Shown: piece by piece, positions 27,275 through 37,820 of the stretch | Layout: the number at the start of each line of letters is the position of its first letter | How positions within the stretch are numbered: the stretch's first letter is position 1 | Source of the DNA: an uncultured Desulfobacterales bacterium | GTDB taxonomy: Bacteria; Desulfobacterota; Desulfobacteria; Desulfobacterales; 4572-123 | Direction of reading: 5' to 3' | NCBI GenBank assembly: GCA_942490765.1 | Contig: CALNYM010000006.1 | Span: forward strand, 165-64,164 | Length of the DNA: 64,000 nucleotides | Position numbers and translations under genes: made by a program | Notes under the pieces: generated by a model | What the model saw: the letters and a program-made list of their open reading frames with translations, nothing else | Databases searched by the model: none | Told to the model about the DNA's origin: nothing

Positions 27275-27914
27275 ACTGTCGGGTCAGGATACACAGCAGA
27301 CGCCCCTGCTTAAAATAGATGGTGGCGGCGTCTGCCACAAGGACATTGCTGATGCCCCGGGTGGCAGCGAATTGTAATCGATCATCGTGCAGTGGATATT
27401 CGAGGCCGCCTAAGGTAATGCCCTGCACGTCTCCGCATAGGGGCACCAGAGACAGGGTATCGCCTATTCGGCCACAGATGCGGTGGGCGGTCATTTCGCG
27501 TAAAAGCATGATTTCCTGAAATCCGTGGATGATTCGGACCCGGCACTGGGACAGGATGGGGGCTGCCAGCATGAAGATGTTGGCGGTTGTCATGTCCCAG
27601 CGGTGGCCCAGTGCCCCATAAATAAGGATTTCATCGGCACCGCGATCAACGGCTAGTTTCAGTGCCAGTTCCAGATCGGTATCATCCTTGCGGACCGGGT
27701 GCCGGATGATGTCGGTGCCGGACGCATTAAGCCGGTTCAACTGATCCGGGGAGAGTGAGTCAAAATCGCCGACGACCACATCCGGCGCGATGCCCAGGGC
27801 CAGGCAATGAACGGCCCCGCCGTCGGCGGCGATGATCAGGTCATCCGGGTGTACTGTTTTCAGGGCGTCCCCGGAAGGGTTAAAGACGCCATTGGCAAAT
27901 ATAACGGATCGCAA
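27273..27914 (-). CDS. thiN: thiamine pyrophosphokinase
   Basis: IIAADGG...VVGDFDS...KDDTDLELAL. TTG start 5 nt after GGAGG. Confidence 0.8.
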   Translation of the reverse strand: MRSVIFANGVFNPSGDALKTVHPDDLIIAADGGAVHCLALGIAPDVVVGDFDSLSPDQLNRLNASGTDIIRHPVRKDDTDLELALKLAVDRGADEILIYGALGHRWDMTTANIFMLAAPILSQCRVRIIHGFQEIMLLREMTAHRICGRIGDTLSLVPLCGDVQGITLGGLEYPLHDDRLQFAATRGISNVLVADAATIYFKQGRLLCILTRQ

Positions 27915-28020
27915 AAAATCCTCCGAGGTATTTTTTTATAAAAACCCGGGCCTTTGCCGGGTGTTGCTGAAAACCGGCCATGGGATACCGGCAGACGTTT
28001 GCCCGTGTAAGGAGATATCT

Positions 28021-28713
28021 TTGTTAGGTACTATTGTCAACGCTATTGCCATTATCGTCGGAAGTCTCATCGGTCTTGTCTTCAGGGGCGGTATCCCTGC
28101 AAAATACGCGGAAACGGTGATGCAGGCCATGGGGCTGGCCGTGATTCTCATCGGGATCATGGCCGCTATTCAAACAGAGGACCTGCTTCTGGTGATTGTC
28201 AGTCTGGCCGTGGGCAGTGTTCTGGGTGAACTGGCCGCCATTGAAGACCACCTTGAGGCCATGGGGCGGTGGTTTCAAAAAAAACTGTCGGGCACCGACA
28301 ACGATATATCCCGGGGATTTGTAAGTGCCACATTGCTCTTCTGTGTCGGTTCCATGGCCGTTGTGGGTTCCCTGGAAAGCGGTCTGACCGGCAACCATCA
28401 GACCCTTTTTGCCAAAGCCCTCATCGACGGTATCTCCTCCATCATCTTCAGCGCCTCTCTGGGCCTCGGCGTCATGCTTTCGGCTTTGTCGGTTTTTATG
28501 TATCAGGGGGCGCTGACCCTGAGTGCCTCATTTATGAAACCGTTACTGGTGCCCGAGGTGGTCGTGCAGATGTCAGCGGTGGGGGGGCTGCTGATCATGG
28601 CGATAGGGTTCAACCTATTGGAAATTAAAAAAATAAAAGTGGGTAATATGCTCCCGGCCATTTTTATTCCCCTGTTGTATTACATGGTCCGGCAGGTGGT
28701 GCCTTTTTTTTAA
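28021..28713 (+). CDS. DUF554 membrane protein
   Basis: (L)LGTIVNAIAIIVGSLIG N-terminus is typical of DUF554. TTG start chosen, because the longer ORF overlaps thiN. Confidence 0.7.
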   Translation: MLGTIVNAIAIIVGSLIGLVFRGGIPAKYAETVMQAMGLAVILIGIMAAIQTEDLLLVIVSLAVGSVLGELAAIEDHLEAMGRWFQKKLSGTDNDISRGFVSATLLFCVGSMAVVGSLESGLTGNHQTLFAKALIDGISSIIFSASLGLGVMLSALSVFMYQGALTLSASFMKPLLVPEVVVQMSAVGGLLIMAIGFNLLEIKKIKVGNMLPAIFIPLLYYMVRQVVPFF

Positions 28714-28996
28714 CACCGCTATCCGCATCCCCTGAATCCCTATCCGGATAAACGGGCGCTGTTGCAAAGGCGTACGCTCTAAATAACAAATTCCAAATAA
28801 CAAATTCCAAATTACAACATCTAAATCTCAAACAAGATCAAAAGCCATTTAATTAATCCCTTATAGTCTTGAATTGGTTGCCTTTTGACTTTTCTCCCTG
28901 TTTTGGAATTTGTATTTTGATTATTATAATTTTTGTTGACATAAAAAACACAAATTTCTGTATTTAGATACAGATATCCACCTACCCATCCACCTA

Positions 28997-29884
28997 TCAA
29001 CTGTCCATATGGTTCAGTCCGGCCAGGACCTTGTATAATCCCTGGGTACCGAGATTCTCATAGCCCAGTGCCTTGGCGCCGACATAAAACTGGTGGACCA
29101 GGGAAAGGCTCGGCAGCATCAGGTTCATGCGTTTTGCTTCATCAAGGGCGATGCCCATATCCTTTACGAAATGTTTGATAAAAAATCCCGGATTAAAGTC
29201 GCGTTTTGCAATTTTACGGCCCAGCACGTTCAGGGAAAATGCCGCCGCCGCCCCTTTTCCGATAATATCGATCACCTCATCCATATTCAACCCACTTTTG
29301 GCGGCATACAGCAACGATTCCACAACACCCGCCATGGTTGAGGCGATCATAATCTGGTTGCTCATTTTGGTATGCTGTCCGGCGCCGGCCCCGCCCATAT
29401 AGGCGATGTTTTCGCCGAAAATCTCGAAAATCGGTTGACAGGCGTCAAAGGTTTCCCGTTCACCACCGACCATGATCGCCAATTTTCCTTCCCGGGCCCC
29501 GATATCGCCGCCGGAAACCGGGGCATCCAGGGCTGAAATTTTTTGCTGTCCGGCCCTGGTAAATATCTCCCGGGCCAGGGAGGGTTCGGATGTCGTCATG
29601 TCCACCAGTATGCTGCCGGTTGCCATCCCGGCCAGGGCCCCATCAGCGCCCAGAATAACGTTGCGCACATCATTGGGATAGCCCACCATTGTGAATACCC
29701 GGGAGCAGTTTTCGGCCACTTTGGCCGGTGATTCACACCAGGTGGCACCCTGTTCTGTGAGCCGGTCCGTTTTTTCCTTTGTCCGATTATAGACATACAC
29801 GCGATGGCCTGCCTTTAATAGATGCAGGCACATGGAACCGCCCATGATGCCGGTTCCGATCCAGCCGATATTTTCAGTCTTCAT
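28997..29884 (-). CDS. NAD(P)-dependent 3-hydroxyisobutyrate dehydrogenase-family oxidoreductase
   Basis: IGWIGTGIMGGSM Rossmann motif, DAPVSGG. Confidence 0.85.
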   Translation of the reverse strand: MKTENIGWIGTGIMGGSMCLHLLKAGHRVYVYNRTKEKTDRLTEQGATWCESPAKVAENCSRVFTMVGYPNDVRNVILGADGALAGMATGSILVDMTTSEPSLAREIFTRAGQQKISALDAPVSGGDIGAREGKLAIMVGGERETFDACQPIFEIFGENIAYMGGAGAGQHTKMSNQIMIASTMAGVVESLLYAAKSGLNMDEVIDIIGKGAAAAFSLNVLGRKIAKRDFNPGFFIKHFVKDMGIALDEAKRMNLMLPSLSLVHQFYVGAKALGYENLGTQGLYKVLAGLNHMDS

Positions 29885-30154
29885 GGTTTTTCCTCAAGTT
29901 GTTGGTTGTATAATTGACCCCTTGCCCGGATATAGGATGGAATTTATCAAATTGCAAGATTTAAGTAAAACCCGCATGGTTCGAGCTTCCGGATGCACTC
30001 TCCCGGGGCATTATCGCGTCGATTTTACCTTCCCCGAAACAGCAAGGCGTCTTATTTTTTATTGACTTATGTTTTTTATGGAATATCCTTACCAATGATA
30101 CGAATGATATCTTTTAGACAAATCCAGATAATCTTCTCGAGCGGATTTTAACAT

Positions 30155-30919
30155 ATGCGACTGCTTTTATACAATATCAGGTATGGTGCCGGTATCGGCA
30201 GAAAAATTCATTTTCCGTTTCCGTATATCGGATACTTGAAAAAAACCAATGGCAATTTTAAAAAAATCAGTGACTTTATCACGGCCGCGAAACCGGATAT
30301 TACGGCCCTGATCGAAGTTGACAGCGGCTCTTTTCGTACGGAAAGAAGCAATCAGGCCAAGGTCATTGCCGGTGAAATGAATCAGCACCACATCTGCAAG
30401 GGTAAATATTCCAGAGACTCCATTATCGGCAAAGTCCCGGTTTTAAACAAGCAGTGTAATGCGCTGCTGACCAACCAGAACATTATTTCTAAAAAATTCC
30501 ATTATTTAAATAATGGTGTCAAACGGCTGGTCATCGAACTTGAACTCGAGGAAGTGACGATTTTTCTGGTTCACCTGTCATTGAAATTCCGTCATCGCCA
30601 GTCTCAGTTAAAGGATTTGCATACCCTTGTGGGCCATGTTACAAAACCGGTTATTGTGGCCGGTGATTTCAATGTGTTTCACGGAGATGGTGAACTGCAG
30701 CTTTTTCTTGCCGCCACCGGCCTCCAGAGCGCCAACTGCGAAGGGGTGCCGTCCCACCCCAGCCGATTTCCCAAACGGCAGCTTGATTTTATTCTGCACA
30801 GCGCCGAGATCCGGCCGACCCATTTTGAAATTTTCCCGGTTAAATTCTCCGACCATGTGCCGCTGGTCTATGATTTCGAAATTTGTGCAGATCGGGTTAA
30901 ACCGCCCCTGGCCGCCTGA
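30155..30919 (+). CDS. endonuclease/exonuclease/phosphatase (EEP) family protein
   Basis: LLYNIRYG... VAGDFN ... SDHVPL EEP motifs. Confidence 0.8.
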   Translation: MRLLLYNIRYGAGIGRKIHFPFPYIGYLKKTNGNFKKISDFITAAKPDITALIEVDSGSFRTERSNQAKVIAGEMNQHHICKGKYSRDSIIGKVPVLNKQCNALLTNQNIISKKFHYLNNGVKRLVIELELEEVTIFLVHLSLKFRHRQSQLKDLHTLVGHVTKPVIVAGDFNVFHGDGELQLFLAATGLQSANCEGVPSHPSRFPKRQLDFILHSAEIRPTHFEIFPVKFSDHVPLVYDFEICADRVKPPLAA

Positions 30920-31032
30920 ACGTCGGCATCGATAATACCCGTTTAGAAACGATTTTGCGGTATACTCAAAATTTTAGCGATGAAATATCAATGATATGCC
31001 CTTGCAAAAGGAATGTGCCCGGGGCCGGGGGG

Positions 31033-31722
31033 TTAATTTTGTATGGGGCAGTATTGATCGCGGCGGGTTTCAAGATCCGAGATGACGCATTTCTTAAAAT
31101 TTGCCTCCCCGCTTTTTTTTAAAATCCCTTCCCGGTATCGGGCGATATCGATATTTTCAAGATGCATCCGCAGGGTCTTGAAAATTCGCGGCACCGGCTG
31201 TCCCGGGGCCTGTATGTGATGCATGCCGCCGCTGTAGGTGAGCAGCATGCGCCCGCTGGGAATGGCTTTCAACAGGTCGGCGATACCACCGCGCATGGTC
31301 ATGGCCTTGCCGTGCTTGTCCAGCCCGTTGATCCGCTTCATCCGGCCTTCGGGCATGATAATCACCATGGCATCCGATTTCAGCCGCTGAAACATCTCTT
31401 CCCAGGTATGGTCTTTTTTGCGTGTAACGGAAACCACATCTCCGACCACCAGTTTAAAAAAGTGCCCCATTACGGGCCGCTGCAATGCTTTTTTGGCAAT
31501 GGGCATTAAACCGTGATACGCAATGCGCTTTAAAAAATGGCTGGGAAACCACCCCACAAAAAGGGGCTCGTACAAACTGGTATGGTTCAAAAAAGCCACC
31601 AGGCGCAGATCTTGCCAGGGATTTTGGGGAACATCACCGATCCATGAAATGTCATGGCGGTAAAAAATCCGACTCAGCCCTTTAATCGACAGTAAAAGGC
31701 TGTAGACAAGTTTTTTTTTCAT
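31033..31722 (-). CDS. lysophospholipid acyltransferase-like protein
   Basis: NHTSLYEP and IMPEGRM blocks resemble PlsC motifs I and III. ATG at 31722 has a GGAGA SD. Confidence 0.65.
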   Translation of the reverse strand: MKKKLVYSLLLSIKGLSRIFYRHDISWIGDVPQNPWQDLRLVAFLNHTSLYEPLFVGWFPSHFLKRIAYHGLMPIAKKALQRPVMGHFFKLVVGDVVSVTRKKDHTWEEMFQRLKSDAMVIIMPEGRMKRINGLDKHGKAMTMRGGIADLLKAIPSGRMLLTYSGGMHHIQAPGQPVPRIFKTLRMHLENIDIARYREGILKKSGEANFKKCVISDLETRRDQYCPIQN

Positions 31723-31932
31723 GCCGTTTCTCCATGTCGTTAAATGGATAGATACGCAGGTCATATCCGGATGCTACCATTGGTTTTTTAAAAAAAAGAA
31801 ACATCGATGTACAGGGCGGCATGAGGGTTTTACAAAAGTTTTACAAATCGTCCCGGTTCAGGGCCCCCGTTTCCGGTGCCTTTCAGGGGATCGGTTCTTG
31901 ACATAATCCCTATCGAATTGTATTCAATTTAA

Positions 31933-32907
31933 ATGGTCGCAAGCCGCTCAAAATGGTTTTTTCACCCCATCCTGATCCTTATTTTTTCCATTCTGGCCCT
32001 GGCCACTTCCCTGTTTCTCTATATCTACTGGTATATTGAGGTCAGTACCGGCTTGAAAGCCCTTATCAACCGGTTTAATCTTGATGCCGGCCAGGTGCTG
32101 GCATCCCAGACGTGGGTGGTGATTCTGGTGCTTTCAATGCTTGTGGGCATTATTTTTATGGGGATTTTTATTATCTTTGTGTATAATCAAAAAACATTGC
32201 AGCTCTACCGGATGCAACATAATTTTATCAATAACTTTACCCATGAGTTGAAGACGCCGGTCACCTCGCTGAAACTGTATCTGGAAACATTTTTAAAACA
32301 CGACATTTCCCGTGAAGAGCAGCTAAAATACATTCGCTACATGATCCATGATGTGGGGCGTCTTTCCGACAATATCAGCCGTATTTTGAATCTGGCCCAA
32401 CTGGAAAGCAAAAGTTACAGGGGCGAACTCGTTAAAACAAACCTTGTGCATATGGTTGAACGCTTTCATCAAAACAATATCCATCTGTTTCAAAAATGTC
32501 ATATCCATATTCACAATCCGTCGGGGCGAACCTTTTCCCTCAAGATCAATTGCCCCCTTTTTGAGATGCTGCTGATGAACATACTGACCAATGCCATCAA
32601 GTATAACGATTCACCCATACCGCAAATTGACATTGAATTTGAAGCGGGTATTCAAAAACTGCATATTCATTTTAAAGACAACGGTGTCGGCATTGCCCCG
32701 GGTGAACTGAAAAGGGTGTTTGGAAAATTTTATCAGATCGGCGGCACAGACAACGTCTCGGCCACGGGCAGCGGTATCGGCCTTTATCTGGCCCAGATTA
32801 TTGCGGGAATTCATAAAGGGAAAATTGTTGTTGCAAGTGAGGGCCTGGGGAAAGGATCTGTTTTTACGCTTATTTTACCATACCGCAGGATGGGATCGGG
32901 AAAATGA
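31933..32907 (+). CDS. sensor histidine kinase
   Basis: Two TM segments, H-box FTHELKTPV, N-box NAIKYN, G-boxes DNGVGI and GSGIGL. Confidence 0.85.
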   Translation: MVASRSKWFFHPILILIFSILALATSLFLYIYWYIEVSTGLKALINRFNLDAGQVLASQTWVVILVLSMLVGIIFMGIFIIFVYNQKTLQLYRMQHNFINNFTHELKTPVTSLKLYLETFLKHDISREEQLKYIRYMIHDVGRLSDNISRILNLAQLESKSYRGELVKTNLVHMVERFHQNNIHLFQKCHIHIHNPSGRTFSLKINCPLFEMLLMNILTNAIKYNDSPIPQIDIEFEAGIQKLHIHFKDNGVGIAPGELKRVFGKFYQIGGTDNVSATGSGIGLYLAQIIAGIHKGKIVVASEGLGKGSVFTLILPYRRMGSGK

Positions 32908-33638
32908 AAAACACAGAGAAACAGCGTATTTTAATTGTTGAAGATGACCGGCATATTGCCGAGGGCCTGAAACTCAACCTTTCGCTGCAGGGCTATGACG
33001 TTTGTATTGCCCCCAACGGCATTGACGGCCTTCGGCAGTGGAAGGCGTGGCACCCGGACCTGATTGTCCTGGATATTATGCTTCCGGGCATTGACGGTCT
33101 GGCCGTTTTGCAGCATATCCGGCTGGAAGATGAACGGTTGCCCATCTTGATTTTATCCGCCAAAAATGAGGATGACGACAGGGTAAAAGGCCTGGCCTTT
33201 GGCGTCGACGACTACCTTGCCAAGCCCTTTAATCTGGAAGAATTTCTGTTGCGTGTGGACCGACTCCTCACAAGGGTCTCCTGGCAGAAAACAGATGGCG
33301 GCATAGCCGACCGCCTGGGCCCCGACGATGATATTTACACGTTCGGTCAGAACCGGATCAATTTTAAGACCCTGACGGCCCGATGCAACGCCGGCACGGT
33401 CCAGTTGACCGAGCAGGAGGTCAAGCTGTTAAAACTCTTTATTGCCAACCGCGGCATCCCCCTTTCCCGGGGAAAATTGCTGGAAATCGGCTGGGGCTAC
33501 ACCCACCAGACAACCACCCGCACCATCGACAATTTCATTGTCCGGTTTCGTAAATATTTCGAGGAAAAACCCCAGAAACCGCTTTATTTCAAGAGTATTC
33601 GGTCGGTGGGGTATGTGTTTGACCATATTGAAGAATGA
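32904..33638 (+). CDS. OmpR/PhoB-family response regulator
   Basis: ILIVEDD...DLIVLDIMLPGIDG receiver domain, winged-helix C-terminus. Confidence 0.9.
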   Translation: MKNTEKQRILIVEDDRHIAEGLKLNLSLQGYDVCIAPNGIDGLRQWKAWHPDLIVLDIMLPGIDGLAVLQHIRLEDERLPILILSAKNEDDDRVKGLAFGVDDYLAKPFNLEEFLLRVDRLLTRVSWQKTDGGIADRLGPDDDIYTFGQNRINFKTLTARCNAGTVQLTEQEVKLLKLFIANRGIPLSRGKLLEIGWGYTHQTTTRTIDNFIVRFRKYFEEKPQKPLYFKSIRSVGYVFDHIEE

Positions 33639-33641
33639 CGG

Positions 33642-34556
33642 TCAGGCTTTTTCGCCCCGGGCCGTAATATAGATGGCCGAGAGAATAAAGGCGCCGCCCA
33701 TGAATTTGGAGACGGTGAGGCCTTCGTGGAAGAGGATATAGGCCAAAATGGTGCTGCCGATGGGCTCCCCCAGGAGGCAGACGGCAATCATGCCGGAGCT
33801 GAACCATTTTAACGCCCAGTTGTAACTGGTGTGCCCCACGAGCTGGGTGAACAGGGCCATGGCCCAGAAAGCGGCCAGGGTCTGATGGCTGAAGCCGGTA
33901 ATGGGCAGCCTCAGTGCCAGCACCAGACCCCACAGGATGACGGCGGCGCTGCCGTAGCAGACGGTGATATAGGCCGTCAACGACAGCTTTTTGCGCAGCC
34001 TGCGGCCCAGCAGAAGATAGGCTGCAGCACAGATGCTGCCGGTAAGGGCCAGAAAATCCCCCCAAAGGGCCTTGCCGCCGGTGGCAAAATCCCCGGCACC
34101 GATAATCACGCCGCCGATGACACTGACCCCAATGCCGACCACGGTGGCCCGTTTGATGGGGTCTTTTGTGATCAGGGGGGTAAAAATACCGACCCACAAC
34201 GGGTTGGTGTTGACCAGCACCACGCTGTTGGCCACCGAGGTGTAATCCAGAGAGGAGATCCAGGTGGCAAAATGCAGGGCCAGGAACAACCCCGAGAGCA
34301 TGGCCAGCCGCAGGTCTTTCAAAGACAGACGTAAAAGCTCCTGCCGGGCCGTGAACCAGGCCACGGGCAACAGCACGACGGTGGCCAGTCCCACCCGGTA
34401 AGCGGCAATGACAAGGGCCGGGGCATCGGCCAGCCGGGCAAAGATGGCACCGGTGGAAACCGCCATCACCCCGATGATAAGGGCAATGGCCGGATTAAAC
34501 GGGGGGCCGGCGGCTTCGGGTACCGGTGGGGTCATCTGCAGATTAGAATCCGTCAT
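33642..34556 (-). CDS. EamA/DMT-family transporter
   Basis: About 10 TM segments in two EamA halves. Start at MTDSNLQ overlaps the glycyl-radical enzyme stop by 14 nt. Confidence 0.8.
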   Translation of the reverse strand: MTDSNLQMTPPVPEAAGPPFNPAIALIIGVMAVSTGAIFARLADAPALVIAAYRVGLATVVLLPVAWFTARQELLRLSLKDLRLAMLSGLFLALHFATWISSLDYTSVANSVVLVNTNPLWVGIFTPLITKDPIKRATVVGIGVSVIGGVIIGAGDFATGGKALWGDFLALTGSICAAAYLLLGRRLRKKLSLTAYITVCYGSAAVILWGLVLALRLPITGFSHQTLAAFWAMALFTQLVGHTSYNWALKWFSSGMIAVCLLGEPIGSTILAYILFHEGLTVSKFMGGAFILSAIYITARGEKA

Positions 34557-36903
34557 TGTCGTTGCGTGCGATAATTTCCTCCTGGTGGTCCCGGTCCAGA
34601 TCCACAAAATAATCGCTGTACCCGGCCACCCGCACCAGCAGATTGCGGTACTCATCCGGTGTGGCCTGGGCCCGGCGAAGGGTGGCGGTATCCACCACGT
34701 TAAACTGGATGTGGTGGCCGTTGAGTTTGAAATAGGTGCGAATCAATCCGGCCAGCTTGTCAAGATCCGAATCGGTGGCCAGAACATCGGGTAAAAACCG
34801 CATGTTCAGCAACGTCCCCCCGGATTTGAATTGATCCATTTTACTCAACGATTTGATCACGGCTGTGGGGCCGTTGCGGTCGGCCCCGTGGGACGGGGAG
34901 GTGCCGTCGGATTCGGGAAACCCGGCAAACCGGCCGTTGGCCGACGCCCCCAACATTTTGCCGAAATAGACATGGCAGGTGGTGGACAGCATGTTGAGGT
35001 GATACTGTCCGCCCTTGGTGTTCGGATGCCCGTCGATGGCGTCAAAGAGGGACTGGTAGACCCGCTGCATGATCGCGTCGGCCGCATCATCGTCGTTTCC
35101 GAAAAACGGCGTCTTGTTCTGCAGCCTCAGGCGAAGGGCTTCCCGGTCTTTGAAATTTTCCGAAAGGGCCTTGAGCAGTTCCGCCATGGTGACGGTGCCG
35201 TCCTCGAAAACATGTTTTTTGATCGCCGACAGGCTGTCGGTGATGGTCCCGATGCCGCAGCACTGAATGTAGTTGGTGTTGTACCGCGGTCCCCCATTGT
35301 AATAATCCCGGCCTTTGGCGATGCAGTCATTCATCACCACCGACAGCAGGGGGGCAGGGGCATTGAGGGCGTACATCCGCTCGATATAGTTGTTGACCCG
35401 TATTTTGATATCGACAATGTAGCGCAATTGTTTAAAAAAGGCGTTGTAGAGGTCATCGAAACCATCAAAGGTGGTGGGGTCGCCGGTTTCAAGCCCCACC
35501 GTTTTCCCGGTGAGCGGGTCGATGCCGTTGTTCAAGGTTAACTCCAGAATTTTCGGCACATTCAGATAACCGGTGAGAATATACGCCTCCTTGCCGAAAG
35601 CCCCGGTCTCGATGCACCCGCTGCACCCGCCTTCTCTGGCATCTTCGATGGTTTTACCCGCCCGCACCTGTTCCATGACCACCTCATCGGTGTTAAACAC
35701 CGACGGATACCCGTAACCCTTACGGATCACCCGGCAGGCGGCTTTCAGGAACCGGTCCGGGGTTTTGTCGCTGATCTGTACATTGCACTGGGGCTGGAGC
35801 AGTTTCAGTTCGTCCACCACCTCCAGGATCAGGTAGGAGATCGCGTTGGAACCGTCGCTGCCATCGCGTTTGAGCCCCCCGAGGTTGATATTGGTAAAAT
35901 CGTTGTAGGTGCCGCTTTCTTTGGCGGTTACCCCCACTTTGGGCGGGGCCGGATGGTTGTTGACCTTGATCCAGAAGCAGCTGATCAGTTCTTTGGCCGA
36001 TTCCCGGTCAAGGGCGCCATCGGCAAGATCCTTTTGATAAAACGGAAACAGGTGCTGATCCAGGTGCCCCGGGCTCATGGCATCCCATCCGTTTAATTCA
36101 GTGATGGTGCCCAGGTGAACGAACCAGTACATCTGGATCGCTTCCCGGAAATTTTCGGGGGCATGGGCCGGGACCCGGCGGCAGACAGCCGCAATTTTTT
36201 CAAGTTCTGTTTTGCGCAGGGGATCGGAGGTTTCGGCAGCCATTTTTTCTGCAAGGGCGGCATGGCGCTCGGCAAAAACAATGGCCGCATCACAGGCGAT
36301 ATCCATGGCCTTGAGCGCTTCGGCCTTATCCGACGCCTCCGGATCACTGCGATAGTCAAGGGCGTCGATACGGTGGGCAATCTCTACCTTAAAATCCAAC
36401 ATGCCTTTGCGGTATATGGTGCCGTCAAGGGTGGTATGCCCCGGGGCCCGCTGCTCCATAAACTCGGTAAACAGACCGGCCTGGTAGGCGGTTTTCCATT
36501 TTTCGGGCACCTGGTCAAACACCCGGTCCCGCATGGTTCTGCCGCGCCAGTAAGGGACGACTTCTTTTTCGTATGTGGCGATATCCCCGGGGGTTACCGT
36601 AAATGGTGTCATGGGCCGGCTGTTGAGAATTTCAAAGTCCGCGACACTGTGGCAGTTGAGTTCGGGAAATGTGGAAACCGCCTTGGGAAAAGGGCCTCGC
36701 TCGCCCACGATGAGTTCATCATCGCCGATAAACAGGGTTTTTTTTGTACAAAGTTCTTTGAATGTCAGTGCCCGCAACACGGGTATGGCGTGTTTTCCGT
36801 AATTTTTTTTGTAAAACCGGGTCTCTATAACCGCCCGTTCAATGGAGATACACGGCGTTGCATCAAAACTTTTTTGTCGAAGCCGCTTAATTCTCGGGGT
36901 CAT
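34543..36903 (-). CDS. glycyl radical enzyme, dehydratase/eliminase (Cys-x-Glu) branch; substrate unassigned, HypD-like size
   Basis: C-terminal RVAGYS glycyl-radical motif. Cys loop GGCSGCIETG. The ATG at 36903 is 9 nt after AGGAGG, whereas the ORF-track start at 36912 abuts the SD. Confidence 0.95.
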   Translation of the reverse strand: MTPRIKRLRQKSFDATPCISIERAVIETRFYKKNYGKHAIPVLRALTFKELCTKKTLFIGDDELIVGERGPFPKAVSTFPELNCHSVADFEILNSRPMTPFTVTPGDIATYEKEVVPYWRGRTMRDRVFDQVPEKWKTAYQAGLFTEFMEQRAPGHTTLDGTIYRKGMLDFKVEIAHRIDALDYRSDPEASDKAEALKAMDIACDAAIVFAERHAALAEKMAAETSDPLRKTELEKIAAVCRRVPAHAPENFREAIQMYWFVHLGTITELNGWDAMSPGHLDQHLFPFYQKDLADGALDRESAKELISCFWIKVNNHPAPPKVGVTAKESGTYNDFTNINLGGLKRDGSDGSNAISYLILEVVDELKLLQPQCNVQISDKTPDRFLKAACRVIRKGYGYPSVFNTDEVVMEQVRAGKTIEDAREGGCSGCIETGAFGKEAYILTGYLNVPKILELTLNNGIDPLTGKTVGLETGDPTTFDGFDDLYNAFFKQLRYIVDIKIRVNNYIERMYALNAPAPLLSVVMNDCIAKGRDYYNGGPRYNTNYIQCCGIGTITDSLSAIKKHVFEDGTVTMAELLKALSENFKDREALRLRLQNKTPFFGNDDDAADAIMQRVYQSLFDAIDGHPNTKGGQYHLNMLSTTCHVYFGKMLGASANGRFAGFPESDGTSPSHGADRNGPTAVIKSLSKMDQFKSGGTLLNMRFLPDVLATDSDLDKLAGLIRTYFKLNGHHIQFNVVDTATLRRAQATPDEYRNLLVRVAGYSDYFVDLDRDHQEEIIARNDNDGF

Positions 36904-36908
36904 TATCG

Positions 36909-37820
36909 TCATCCTCCTATGGTAACGTCCAGACCGAAATGTTCCAGCCGGTTTACCACGGCCGCCACCTGTTGCTTGGTGGGAGAAGATATTTTTTCGG
37001 CCCGATACGGTATTGCAAATTTAGAATATTTGGTTTTCTGAAAATCATGATACGGTAAGATATGTATTTTCTGGTCCCCGGGCAAGGCGGTAACGAACCG
37101 GCCGGTTTTATCAATGTTTTCATCGTCATCGTTGATCCCGGGTATCAACGGAAGCCGCACGATGATGTCAGCGCCGGTATCGGCCAGAAACACAAGATTG
37201 CGCAAAATTTTCTTGTTCGAGGCACCGGTATACTCTTTGTGCTTGTCACTATCCATCATTTTTAAATCGTACAGGAATAGATCGGTGCGACGGGCGACCT
37301 CCCGGAGGGTGTCCAGATCCGTATAGCCGGTGGTGTCCAGTGCACAATGGATGTTTTGCCCGTGGCAGGCATCCAGGGCCGCCATGAGAAATTCCGGCTG
37401 AAACAGGGGCTCTCCCCCGGAAAAAGTGACGCCACCGCCGGACTGATCATAAAAGGGAATATCTTTTGCGATGATGTCTGTCAGCGCCTGAACGGATATG
37501 ATCTGTCCGGCAGATTCCCGGGCCTCGGCAGGACAGATTAGGGCACAGGTGCCGTGCTGCCGGCAGCGTGTAAAATCGGTTTCAACCCCTTCGGGGGAAA
37601 GGGTCAAAGCGTTTTCCGGGCAGGCCGCCACACATTCACCGCAGCCGATGCATTTTTCCCGGTTATAAACGATCTGCGGTTTGATGGACAGGCCCTCAGG
37701 GTTGTGACACCACCGGCAGGAAAGGGGGCAGCCCTTGAAAAAGACGGTGGTGCGTATGCCCGGGCCATCGTGAATCGCATATTTTTTGACATCAAATATC
37801 GTGCCTGTTTTATCTGCCAT
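36909..37820 (-). CDS. glycyl-radical enzyme activating protein (radical SAM)
   Basis: CPLSCRWCHNPE (Cx3Cx2C) plus an inserted ferredoxin domain CIGCGECVAACP...CALICP. Confidence 0.95.
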   Translation of the reverse strand: MADKTGTIFDVKKYAIHDGPGIRTTVFFKGCPLSCRWCHNPEGLSIKPQIVYNREKCIGCGECVAACPENALTLSPEGVETDFTRCRQHGTCALICPAEARESAGQIISVQALTDIIAKDIPFYDQSGGGVTFSGGEPLFQPEFLMAALDACHGQNIHCALDTTGYTDLDTLREVARRTDLFLYDLKMMDSDKHKEYTGASNKKILRNLVFLADTGADIIVRLPLIPGINDDDENIDKTGRFVTALPGDQKIHILPYHDFQKTKYSKFAIPYRAEKISSPTKQQVAAVVNRLEHFGLDVTIGG

